64,000 nt of DNA from Botryllus schlosseri (lineage: Eukaryota): the NCBI GenBank assembly GCA_051294905.1, contig CM119378.1, positions 14,818,001 to 14,882,000 of the forward strand, written 5' to 3'. The position numbers and the translations under genes are program-made. The notes beneath the pieces were generated by a model, which was not told the DNA's origin, did not search any database, and worked only from the letters and a program-made list of their open reading frames with translations. This document shows positions 37,940-50,097 of the stretch, piece by piece. The number at the start of each line of letters is the position of its first letter. The first letter of the stretch is position 1.

Positions 37940-40900
37940 ATGAATCCTGGTTCCGATAGAGCGTCATTGCTCGGTACGAAGCAGTGGGGCCGAGAATCTG
38001 GCGGGGCACCATGGGGGCAACTCAGCCCAACTGAAAAGTCTCCTGGGTCCAGTCAGAACATTCCACTGACTTCGTCAAGCTTGCTTGCTGCGGCTGCGGG
38101 TAAATTTTTATAATGAGGATGTTGTAGCAGCAAATATCCTGTGTGTGGTGTCTTCAGGTGGTTTCAGTGCAACAGACTCCAGCGCCAGTAACATTCAGGG
38201 ACGTGGAAATCTGTCATTCGATCTCGTGGACTATATGGCTAGTGGTTCTTCTTTGATGAATCCGTCTGTTTTTGTAAGAATTTTATATTCATTATTGGTT
38301 TTCAGTGTTTTGATTTGAACAATTTTGTCCAGAATCCTGGGATGGTTCATGAAAATAGAAACTGCAGCAGTGCTCAGCCTGGTCAGTCCTCATATGGTGA
38401 AGCAAAGACACATACTGAGAACACCAGGTGAATACATTTTCAGAATCAGGAGTACACCTTCAGATAACCCTAACAATATCAAATTCTAAAATGAAAAACC
38501 TCAGCATGCGGCTTTCATTCGTTCGTCTTTGGAGACAGTCACATTACGACAACATAGCAGACACAAGGTTGACATTCATCCTTTCCGAATTCCAACGGTT
38601 TAAAACGTGACCATGGCAGATATCTGTTGGATTGGAATGATTGTAAAGTAGTAGTTTGATCGATTGGTTAATGAGCTACACAGTCCTGCTTGACAAATCT
38701 ATGTCCCTTACCATTTTTTAATTAGCTCTGCACAGTTTCGATCATGTCGTTTTTTTACTCGATATGGACAAGCACGATCCCCTTTAGCTCCTTGCATTTC
38801 ACAACCATTATCTTGTTGGCTACTGAAAAATTTGAGATTGCATCGTTTTGGTACTTGGTATATACGCTTGCTGCCTTTTGACAATGTATGCCCTGTTGAG
38901 CTACTAAGCGCATTATCAATGCCATCAGGGATATGTCACTCAGTGTTGAGTAGAAGGTCGTCAAGCCAAGGATTCTACTCGAGACAATTGGAATTTGACG
39001 TCGAATGTGTTGTTGTTTAGCAGCAGAGACGGATCGCCACAGGAAGACAGATCAACCGCTCATCGGCATTCTGGGAACCAGCAGCAGTTGTCGCGTAACG
39101 GTAGAATATCCCCGCGTTCGATGCTGGCGCAGCACACTGGCAGTGTAACTACCACCACCAACCCTGCCGAGGAATCTGCGGTGGTAAACCAGTCCGAATC
39201 TCCAAAGGAAACAGACGCAGCCGATGCGGTGGCAGGGAACGGTATGTTGGTAGTGGAAATATGGTGGAGTAGTTCACTATACGACCAACTTCTCAGCACT
39301 CCGACTACAACTTTTCTAATATTACACCGAGTTCATCAGCTCATAATTATTACCAAGTGAATCAACCCATTTTTACACGACTTGACTCATAGATGGGAAT
39401 TGAGCTGATATACGTTACAGTTTTGTTATTATCGCCAAGTAAACCAACCCATTATTTTGATTTCAAAGACAAATTGTGCTCACAGATGAAAATTAGATAG
39501 TGCTTGTGAACGTTCGCCTGTGTGAAAAACTTGATGAATTCTGTAGTTGTAATGTTTTGACAACGTTTTAGGAACAATTTGGTCTTATTCGAAATTGTCG
39601 AGTCGGAGCATTTTAATTTACTCGGACTCCAGTCAGAACTCGTTTCCCCTACTCCAGACTCCAAAGGGTGTTCTAAATTGCGACATTATGGCACTGTCTG
39701 TTTTTCATGGCATGATTCGATATTCAATATTCATCTGTTTTAGGCGGTGGAAATTCAGCTACGGCGGTAGACCCCGGGCAGACAAGCGAACATTCGCAGG
39801 CTGCCAGCTTTCCTGGTGCTGTCGACGCGGAGTTGGGTCAGGTGCCGGCTGGACAGCCGATCGACGCAGTCTTGCAACAGCAGATGAGTCAGCTGAACCT
39901 CGATTATACGGCCCAGCAACAAGTGAGTGTGTGCTGCCTGTGTATCGTGCTTGGCGAGGTAACAGCCCGGTGTGTTTCCAGTCGCTGGCCGTGCAGCTGG
40001 CGATGCAGCAGCAATACATTCTGGCGCAGCAGCAGCAACTGGCGGCTATGCCTGGCATGTTTTTGCCGAACCCTTACGTCATAACGGCTAACGCGGGTGG
40101 TGAGTTTTTATCTCATTTGTCCAGTACTGAACGGAGGTTGTAAAAGTCACACAAGTCGAGTAGATGTGACTATGCATATTTCTACTTATAAGTGTAAGTG
40201 GCGATATCCAAGAAGTTTCAAAACTACTTCGACACTGAAAATTGAGTATAAGGTTATGAAAAGTACCACTAGTTGAAAAAGTATTTGATCGAAGGGTCGC
40301 ATACAGGAGTGTCATGATAGGTCTCAAGACTTATCGGTAGGGATGATGTGAACGTGAGGTTCGCGTTCTGTGTGTGAACCTCAAATTTAAGAGGTTCACG
40401 TTCCCAAACAAACCTTGCTCTGTTCTGCACTGTGAACCTTTTCATGTATTGCAGTTTTTCACGTCATTCTAACATCTTTGCTTCAATTTCTTTGCATTTC
40501 AACTATAGAACCACACTATGCATGGCTCTGGCAACATAAAAAATCAACACTAAACGAGAATGCACCTTGCCAATCTTGATAAATTTTACTTGCTTCGTTG
40601 CAAGAGTGTGCTCGAAATATTCTGCTTTCTGTTTGTGAATATTTTGTCACTCTCTGCTGTGAGCTTGCCCCGCAATAATACATCAATAATGAAATACACT
40701 ACGTGTAGGTAGTCAGGGGGGGTGTTATCGGTAGCAATGGAATCGGTCCAATGTGGGAATTGTAGTTTTGCCTAAACTAAAAGTAGAAGTACTCTTAACA
40801 TATTTCCATAAAAGTAATTGGTGCAAATAAGCAAAACCTGCTTGAAATCTCCAAATAGTTAATGCTAGTACTTCGCTGCTGACCGCCTCTGGTCGCAAAT

Positions 40901-43900
40901 CCGGTATAACCGTGTTTCCTTACTCCGACAGGGTATCCCGATCCCACTGGAGGAGGTCAATTTCCTATCATGCCCCAATACCCGTCTTATCCGAGCTGGC
41001 CCAATGTTGCCTACCCTTCCATGATAGCGCCTCACATGGCTTCATCGCAGCAAGCTGCTGCCCCTGCCACCAGCCTCCAGGTTTGTATGGCATGATCTCC
41101 AAAAGACTTGGATTGAATTTACCCATTGCTTTTTGTACAGGGCGGCAGACTATCTCAAACCGATGCGCAGATACCAAGATCGCAATCGCCACCCGTCCAG
41201 GCGGTGACGTCTGAACCAGGCGACCCGCCGACGTCTTTGCCGCCCCCTGTGTACCCGGATATGTTTAACGCTGCCGCGTTTGCGGGTCAGGGCGTCAATC
41301 CGGCGATGGCCATGTCCGGCTCTGGGTACCAGATGATTCCAGCTTACTACGACCAGAGCGGGGCTCTCATTGTGAACAGGGCCCCGGTCCATCTGCTGGC
41401 GCCTGGGATTCCTGCCCCGATGTTTCTCAACGGATCGCAAAGTGAGTGCCTACCGGTAGTTGATTCAGGAATGATGTTAACTGATCTGTGGTGGGGAACT
41501 TGAATATAGCTCTATTTCAAAAGTATATTTATCATAGCGTTAGTTCAACTCGAAAAACTTATTGCATGCCCTTTGCCCACTTTCAAGAGTTATAGGCACG
41601 ATGAAGGTAATAAGAACAGAGATCAATTCAAAACTAAGTGATAAGGGCGCATGAGAAGTTCATCAAGATGATGGATGTTATTATAAATCTACTTTCGCAA
41701 GAATGATTGTTGACTGCTCCTAACTTTCTGTTGATTAATGCCGCATACGGACAGTCGGACATGGTGCTCAATCAACATTTATCCCTTGATATTAACTATT
41801 GCAGTAAGAGATGCGTTGGCGGCGTGTCTGTAATTGAACCGTTTTAAGGTCAAAATGCTGGGATGTACACCAGTCCCAGTATGAGCGGTGGCAGTACCCC
41901 GGTTCCTGTACCGCCAAGCGGTTACAATCCTGGTAACATGGGTGGATTTGGCAGTTTGGGGTCGATCGCTGGAGGTCAGTTTTATCTCGCGAGTTGATCG
42001 TTCAGTTTTGACCTCGAGTTCGTTGCAGCTATGGGCAGTCAGTGCTCCACGCCGCAGAGAAGGGACTCCTTCTCTGACGTTACGAAACATCCGTCCTACG
42101 GAGGTCCCATGTCGCAGTTCTACAGCACGTTTGGGATGTCTCCGGCCGGCAGCGGTATGGGGATAGGCGCGATATCACCGTCTCCTGGACCACTGGGGGG
42201 CATGGTCGGATCTGCCCACAGCCACCACAGCATGAGCCCGCCACCTCTGTCGTCGCCCGGTGGATTTTTTGGTGAGTTGTAATTTGTAGATTCGCAAGAT
42301 TTCGATGTTGGCTTGTGATATTTTTTTAGGAGATAACGAATGTCTATGTATACTCATCCGTGTTACTGAAGCGATCGACAGTTTGATTTGCTCGGTTTTG
42401 TGAAAATCGGCTGTGCTATACATGTGCTGTGTTTTCTCAGGCGGTGGTGGTCACCGGATGTTTTCCGCGGCCCCAGGAGCGGAAGCGAGATACCGCAGTG
42501 GGTCCATGTACGGTTCTGCCAATGTCTTCGGCAATTCCGGGAGTTCACTGTTCCCTCCCACCAAGATCAGGTAGGCTGTCAGTGTCAGCAGAGGTCGACT
42601 TCTTTGAAGTGCTCGTTGGTGTTGCCTACCAGATTTGTTGGGTCCGAGAATGCTCACTTATTTAGTTGACTGAAAATTCTCTATACTTTTTTGCCTATTT
42701 GTAATGGTTGCTCAAGTGATTGATTTTAAACTGCTTCTTGGTTAGTTGTTGTGGTCAAAACTAGGCCTATAATAGAATATTCAAGTACTTGAAAATCCTT
42801 ACTTGTACTCGAGTAAAAATGGTTGCTTAGAGCACCTTCAGTTGTTAGTGATATTTCGACTTCAATTATTCATTCCATGATATTGATGTATCTATGAATT
42901 TTCAATTACACATCAAATCCCCCCCCCCCGTCATTGTAGCACTTGGCTTCTAGTGACGGAAATGACAAAGACTCGAACAGTTTGTTTTCTTTCTTCAGGC
43001 CAATATCGACCAAAGACGTGTCGCAGATGTCGGGACGCAGCAGACTACTGGATGACTTCAGGAACAACCGTTTCCCGAATCCGCAACTTCGAGACCTGTC
43101 GGGCCACATTGTTGAATTTTCACGAGACCAGCACGGCTCGAGGTACGCGCTCCTTCAGTCTAATGTCAGATACGTGCGAATGCGAGTGATGTATTTCAAC
43201 CGATGGATACTACTGAACTTCCATGTTGTCGACTACGGTTCTGATGCAAGATTCGTGAACGTTGGCGTATCTGATACTGCCGGCTGTATGTAATAATGTG
43301 ATTTTTCTTCCCAAAGGTTCATCCAGCAGAAATTGGAACGCGCCACCCTGCAAGAAAAGCAGATGGTTTTCAACGAAATAGCGAGAGCCGCTTATCAGCT
43401 GATGACTGATGTTTTTGGGAACTATGTTATTCAGAAGTTCTTCGAATTTGGCTCGCAGGTACGTGGTTTTCAACGATTTATCGTTTGATAGGTTCTCCAG
43501 GTTAATGATGATACTTCAGTTCTGACTCTATGATGTCAAAACTCTCTCTTACTGAAACCCCCACTGCGTAGCAGTATCACATAGTTTTAAGCTGCATGCC
43601 ACAGGGTTGACATCCTTATTTTGTTGCAGGAGCAGAAATTATCTCTCGCGAAATGCATAAGGGGCCACGTGCTCCCTTTGGCGCTGCAAATGTACGGTTG
43701 TCGAGTGATTCAGAAGGCTCTGGAATGCATACCCCAAGAAGACCAGGTTTGAGAGCCGTTCGTGTAACCTGAACTTGTGGCCTGTGACGATGATACTGTG
43801 TCCTTTATGAGCTTTTGTGATTTTTGCTATCTTTCCGAGGCTGAATAGCGATCTGTAGCAGCAGACTGCGTGAAACATCTGGGGCTGGGTTTGATTATAC

Positions 43901-46088
43901 TTCTGGTTTCAGGTGGAAATAGTCAAAGAACTGGACGGGCATCTCATCAAATGCGTCAAAGACCAAAACGGGAACCACGTTGTCCAGAAATGTATCGAGT
44001 GTGTCTTGCCCGTTCATTTGCAATTCATCATCGACGCTTTCAAGGGACAGGTGTTGCATCTTGGCTTGCTGTGGATGGGGTTTGGTTGTCTTTATCTTTG
44101 TTGCTCTGCAGGTGACACAGCTGTCCATGCATCCTTACGGGTGCAGGGTGATGCAAAGAATTTTGGAGCATTGTACTCCGGAGCAGACTGCGCCTATATT
44201 GGAAGAACTGCATCAGGTGTGTTGGTTCGGTGGTGATTTGTTTCTGTAGATTCTAATGTGTTGTTTTCAGGCCGAGTCGCTTGTCAGCGATCAATACGGG
44301 AATTACGTCATACAACACATTCTGGAGCACGGCCGCCCGGAGAACAAAAGCAAAATCGTTCTCGGTATCACGGGAAAGGTTTTCAAGCTGAGCCAGCATA
44401 AGTTTGCGAGGTACGGGTGGTCGGTTTCTGGATTATTGCTATCTCCCTGCAAGTTGTGTTTTTGTCATTTTGGACAAAGTGCAGCAGTGTAAACCTGTTT
44501 CTTGTTTTCGTGACAGTTTTGTATTGCTGCGCTTACACTAAATTGACAGCTGTCTTCGTTCTCTTGGTTGGGCAAAAGTGACTGTGGTAAAAAAAGTGTA
44601 GAAACTGTCAAAATAATTTAACTCTCATTAGCGGGAAGTTTGACTCGCTTGACTCGAATCATGAAAATAGATACTGGATTCAGATTCGAGTACTCAAATC
44701 GTTGCGGCCAGCCTTGGCAGCGCCGTTAGTTCTCTTTTATTTCGGCAGCAATGTCGTCGAGAAGTGCGTCTCGCACGCTTCGCGCATGGAAAGGGCGATT
44801 CTGATCGAGGAAGCCTGTCAAGAGCCGGAGGCTCTCTTGCACATGATGAAAGACCAGTACGCCAACTATGTGGTGCAAAAGATGGTGGACGTCGCAGAGA
44901 CGGCTCAACGAAACGTATGTGTAAATTTGTGGTCGGTTGCACATGACGTGGCAATTCCCAGCACATGCTGCAGTAGTGTAGTTTCAAAACTAAGATTTGG
45001 TTGAATGTCTCTCACGTTCGCCAGTTGTTCCTAAGACATGTCAGTGTTCTTTCCAATTCTCTACTAGTTGCTGACGATACCCCTGATGAGTGTCGGCTGA
45101 AAATATTTCGATACGTATATACTATTAAATTAGGCTTACCATACGTCCTCTTTTAAGAGGATTTGTCCTCTTTTTTGACTTTTTTGAAAGTGTCCTCGGA
45201 GGACGCCCTTTTGTTCTCTTTTTTGAGATTTTGTCCTCTTTTTTGAAAATTTAGGTCAGATTTAGAGGAAATTGCGAGTGATATGCCGCAAATTAGCGCA
45301 GAAGTGAAGCTCCGGCGGGTATTTCGGAGGGAAAAGTGGTGATATCAGCTCTGAGCGAAAAGAAGACCTTTTTTTTTTTTTTTTTGGTCATCCACCTGGC
45401 AATGTGGAGTGAAAAACGTGATTTTGAGCTCTGAGCGGAAGAGATGACCTTTTTTTTTTTCTTCTAAGTCAACCGATCATGAAGTGGGAAAAATTTACCG
45501 GTTTTTGAGAATTCTTCTCCAGTTTTGCATTTCTGAAAATGTGTCCTCTTTTTTCATTTCCGAAATATGGTAAGCCTATATTAAATTGTATACTCCGGAT
45601 AAGGATAGATTTGATTTGATTGAGGGGTCTCGTGCATCCCGGTTATTCCCATGTCATGACAAAACTACAAGTGGTAGTTCAAAGTTGAAGATCTGAAAAC
45701 TTGTTGGATGTCGCATACCTTCAGCCGACAATCGGCGGCTGCTACTTTTTGAATTGCAATTTCCGCAATACAGGGTGTATTTCGCATGGTTCTCGTGGCA
45801 ATTTCACTTGTAAAACTATAAGCACTTTTTACTGACCCCCTCTGGATGGTGTCGTCTTTATTCTCATTTTGACGGATTTGTGTTTGGTTTCAGATGCTCA
45901 TCACCAAGATACGGCCCTACACCGCTCAACTCCGCAAGTTCACATACGGCAAGCACATCATCGCCAAACTTGAGAGATTTCTGGTCAAGAGCGGAGCCGC
46001 GCCCGGCAGTGCCCTCGGCGCTGTCACGATGCCGCAAGGTCTCGTGTCTCCGCCTGTCGCTACGACCGTCGTGCAACCCAACCCTTGA
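37940..46088 (+). CDS. PUM: Pumilio (PUF RNA-binding protein), 19 coding exons: 37940-38099, 38158-38273, 38333-38427, 39021-39241, 39744-39922, 39982-40099, 40932-41080, 41141-41441, 41849-41974, 42029-42271, 42441-42570, 42999-43142, 43317-43458, 43630-43746, 43913-44050, 44112-44216, 44271-44410, 44749-44914, 45894-46088
   Basis: Phase-consistent GT-AG model. [23 protein letters not shown], and eight PUF repeats with canonical recognition motifs SRFIQ, NYVIQ, CRVIQ, NHVVQ, CRVMQ, NYVIQ, SNVVE, NYVVQ, then [16 protein letters not shown]-terminal low-complexity exons are slightly less certain. Confidence 0.95.
42311..42372 (+). pseudogene. Degenerate U18-like snoRNA in a Pumilio intron
   Basis: 3' half ATGTCTATGTATACTCATCCGTGTTACTGAAGCG matches the host copies. 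The C box is altered (GTGATAT followed by a T run) and the guide carries G>A. Confidence 0.75.
42865..42925 (+). pseudogene. Decayed remnant of the U95-like snoRNA in a Pumilio intron
   Basis: ATTCATT..TTGATG(T)ATCTAT..TTTTC..CATCAA aligns to host 29012-29073, but the guide and D box are replaced by a C run. Downstream GTCAT..GTGA..AAATGA also aligns. Confidence 0.55.
43182..43247 (+). ncRNA. C/D-box snoRNA, U62-like (Pumilio copy)
   Basis: C box GTGATGT 43186, identical D' guide AACCGATGGATACTA-CTGA, D box 43241, stem GC/GC. Confidence 0.8.
43500..43559 (+). ncRNA. C/D-box snoRNA, U26/SNORD26-like
   Basis: C ATGATGA 43505, D' CTGA 43522, C' ATGATGT 43530, D CTGA 43552, stem GGTT/AACC. Guide AACTCTCTCTT pairs 11 nt with 28S AAGAGAGAGTT, in the same register as human U26. 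Confidence 0.85.
43784..43848 (+). ncRNA. Candidate orphan C/D-box snoRNA
   Basis: C-like GTGACGA/ACGATGA, D'-like ATGA, C'-like GTGATTT, D CTGA 43841, lying 68 nt from the 3' splice site like the others. No target recognised. Confidence 0.5.
45131..45578. mobile_element. hAT MITE, same family, in the last Pumilio intron
   Basis: TIR TAGGCTTACCATA / TATGGTAAGCCTA, with perfect 8-bp TSD TATTAAAT. First ~85 bp nearly identical to the 36804 copy. Confidence 0.9.
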
Positions 46089-46134
46089 ATATGGCACGGC
46101 TGCGGTATTTTGTAGAAATGGTTTTCCAATGACT

Positions 46135-46526
46135 TGTACATAAGCGCGATATTTTAATTGTAGATAATTCGCGCATTTTAACAGGCTTGTGGTAGTCCCC
46201 TTGTTACGGAGCATTGTGATCTGTACATATACAATCGTGAGAGATAGCGTGGTCTCGATTACTCCTCCTCACAAGTATAATGGACTTGATTTTGTCTCGC
46301 GTGTATCGATAATTCTTGTGTATCAACGAGTGAATTTGTACATTGAAGACACTCTGGCGTTTATTCTTTCTTCTTCTTCTCGTCTCGTACAAAGCCGATT
46401 CCTCTTTCCTGTTGTAAATTTGGGTTCCCCCCTCTGCTCCTCTCGCTTGATGCTAGTTGTCAGTGGCCCTGTATATAACTGACTGGGTGCGACGCCCGCG
46501 TGCGTCGTATCGCGAATGTGTAAATA
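46135..46526 (+). promoter_or_regulatory. Four Pumilio-binding elements (TGTAHATA) in the Pumilio 3' UTR
   Basis: TGTACATA 46135 and 46222, TGTATATA 46470, TGTAAATA 46519, with AATAAA at 46636. Confidence 0.75.
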
Positions 46527-49500
46527 TTGAACCTGTTGTCGTGACAGTTTCGTTTGTGCCTAAAGAGTGCCTAAATACTGTTGTGGGATGCGTCACTGAA
46601 GGCGAACTGTATATTTGTTGATAATGTAGGTGTCGAATAAACACTGGATATAATACAGATGTGAATAGTGTAAAAAGAACGTTTAAAGAGTGTACAGTAT
46701 CTATTTTTTGACTGCGATCGTCATTGTAAATTCTGCTCTTTCAGATTTTTAGTAGTTCAGCGTTGCCTTGTTGCTGTACTCGATTGGTATTGCTACAGAT
46801 TTTACCCATTATGATGTTCCTGTGTTATGCGTCTGGCACCGCTCGGAATGATGCTTACCTGTTGGCTTTTTGAGTTGTGTGGAGTAACCGATTTGTGCGA
46901 TATACGGGGCCAAATTATGTCCAAATTACGTTGTGTACCGCAATTTTTTTCTTTGTGTCTTATAATCATGAATGTGTCGGATAAGTGTCAGTTTTCTTTG
47001 GATCATCCATTTATTGTATATCTTCTTCCACCCAGTGGGCTCTGTCTGTTCCATGCTTTCAACCTTATTTTCTTACCCTCAGAGATGTACAGGTTCGATT
47101 CTTGCTCCAATTTCAATACATAACAAATGTGAATACAATATACTATAGTACCAAGAAACTGGTTCGAGAATGCTTGTTGAGGTGCAAGGAATTCCTGAGA
47201 GTGATCAAGCCGTATTTCGAAGTTTCGTAGGCATGAGGGAGGTTAGTTTTATAAAAAGTTATATTCCGAAGATAGCATGTGTCAGCGTCGACCCATGAAG
47301 CGTGGAGTCGCTTTGGGTTAAAAATCCATATTTCCTAGTGACCCGAGAAAGTCTGTATGTGTGAGGACTTGAATGCAATCCCAAACTTCTTGTATCGTTC
47401 TTTTAATCTTTACTACCTGGAGTGGCTGTCGAGACCTGATCGGTGTCAGTCACAAGCTTGCATAGTGTTTCGGGCGTCCCTAGATACACGCATTTCCGTT
47501 TTCTCACATCACGAACATGCTGTCGCTAACATCCTCAGAGCAGTACTTCTGTCATCTTACCCAGGGATTTCTAAAACTAAAGTTTTAGATATCCCTGCAT
47601 CTTACCACATGATGCGCTACGTAGCCATCGGCGAAGCGGACATATTTTTGAGCACTGCTTCGTAAATGCTCACTGGCCAATCAAAACGCCCCGTAGCGTC
47701 ACTTCGTAGTAGTAGACGCTCTTGTGTTTGTCTCTGTAGTGAAGACAATGAAGAGCAGTGTTGTCGTAGTTGCGAGTTGCGTTGACATGGTAAATGATTT
47801 GACTGGAACGCATTGGCCATGTTTATCTGCCGAAGACATTTGTAGTGTAGTTGGAGTGGGATATTAGTGATGAGCAATGCCTTATCAGTTTAGAAGCAAA
47901 AAGTCTGTATAATGCATAATTTATACCTGTAGTGTAGAGTAGTATTTGGAGAAGATAAAACGCACTATGCATGGTTTTGTACCATGCTACGCTAGCCCTT
48001 ATATTATGAAGTGTGAAACAGGGAAGTTTGAGGAAAAGTAACTTTGAGTCTGGGTTGCATCTTTTATGATGAGAAGGAATCGATCAACTTATCACATAAT
48101 CATATGGTGCTCGTGGTATAGGGTATGATTATAGTGCTAGAAGGGTGCGATACTTGGTAACAGGGACTCTTTACAGGTGTGCTCCGCATTAGTGATTTTC
48201 AACTAATTGCTCTTCTGGGATCGCTCTGGACTGTTTTAGTCGAGAAATGTCAGCATGTTAAGTCCTTTATGAAGCTCATGCAATTGAACTACGAGAGCTA
48301 GATAAGACAAAGGATTTAACTGTTCCGGCTGTTGTTGTTGAGTAGATCATGAACTACCCCAAATAAAGAACTGCATTATACATGCTGATTTTAATATGTC
48401 AATTTTATTAGTGTCCAATGTAGATTATTCCTGATTGATATATAAATAATGATGCATATAATATCAATCAACATTTTATTGAGTTCCAACACTAAGGTCA
48501 CAAAATTATCTGGCTTGTCTGACTCTTGAATGGCATCCGACTGCATTGAAATAGTTGCTGTGCCAAGTGCCTGATAAGAGTCGACCGAAAAGCTCAGAAG
48601 AATAATGTAAAATATTGCATTATGCCAAAAGGAGCTGCAGATATGATAATATTTTACAGGATGACGTACCGGTATGCTGGTATTCTAGTCGGAAATGTCT
48701 ATTTAAGTGACTAAATTGATACTAAGCCAATTGTCAAATTTATTTTGTTGTCATAATAAATACAAGATAAAACAGATTAATAAGCACCATCAGCTTAATA
48801 ATAATCAACGAAAACATTGCTATTTACTAGATTATGCCAAATTGAGGGAAATGTCGTCTAGAGATTTATCAGAAAACCAAGTGCATTTTAAAGGCTGATG
48901 TAGGAAATTACCTGACTTTTTGTCTATACATATATAATATTATCCTATGTTGAATTGGGTAATTTAAAATTTGCATGTTCAATCTTGGATTTATGTGATT
49001 TTATTCGGGTGCCTCATCGAAAACAGGAAGTTGTAACATGATTCGATGTTTCAATGTAAACAGCTGGGCTAAATGTTGCCATTTGTTCCTTCTAATATTT
49101 GGAATTTTGCCGTATTGTACTTGGAGCGTTCATTAGCACACCTTGGTAGTGCTCAATTTTTCGAATTAATCAGACTCTAGCGGAGATTCAATTCAGTCAC
49201 TGACAAAATGTCACATGGAGTCGAGTTGATTATGTATCGATAATATTGGACAGTATCATCAAGAATTATTCTTGCATTATGTTGATCGAGGTGGGGATTT
49301 GCCCAATATTAGCAGATAGAAACTACGGCACTATGCTATTGCAGGAGCCTGACTTGTTCTCTTTAAAATCTCATGATTTATTGTGTATTTCATTTGCGAT
49401 GGGTTTGAGTCGCTGTAAACAATGCCAAAAATTTTTCAGCTTCGTTCGAGCCCCCGGAGTCTGTTTTAATTATAAACTACTCTTTCTTTGTGTAGATTTT

Positions 49501-49661
49501 TATTGTTGAAGATTCGGCGCTAAAATGCACAGCATATTTGCCGAATCACTCCAAGAAAGAAACAGCCGATAAACGCCCGCGATCGACTGGACCAAAAGAA
49601 GGAATCAATCAAAAATTACAAAATTTCAAATTTGAAAAGAAGCGATGTGGTAAATTTTACT

Positions 49662-50097
49662 ATGTCACTGAACCAAACTGGAAGGATAAACCGCGGTGCA
49701 AGGCGTTGCTTATTTCCTTCCGGTGGAAGTAACGATAGAAACGCCCAGGACCTTGACGCCTTGATCAAGAGAGAAGAAGAATCTCAAGCGAAAGCATTTG
49801 AAAGCCGATGGAACTTCAACATCCGAGATGAAACGCCAAAGCCTGGACGATATGAGTGGAAAAAAATCGATGACGTCAAATCAACACCATCCGCCAGTGT
49901 ATCCCATTTGCCGTCGTCCGAAACAACCTTATCCTCTTCTCCGAAAGCCGTAATATCGAATCATGAAAATACCACAATCACGCAATGTACGAAGACAAAA
50001 AGAGACTCGACCTGCGAGGATTCGACTCGTAACGAGACAGATTTGAATGAAAATGTGCAAAGTGCCACCAAGCGAAGCACTGTATCCTCTCAGGAAG
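49662..50097 (+). CDS. CDKN1: Cip/Kip cyclin-dependent kinase inhibitor (p27/p57-like), first coding exon; 3' exon(s) not identified
   Basis: ARRCLFP (cyclin-binding RxLF-like) and RWNFNIRDETPKPGRYEW (CDI domain). Donor GAAG|GTAGGC after 50097. Confidence 0.85.

Noticed and set aside
44510-44612. Hairpin in a Pumilio intron as a possible H/ACA snoRNA
   Set aside because: There is some pairing (TGACAGTTT/AAACTGTCA) but no clear two-hairpin H and ACA layout
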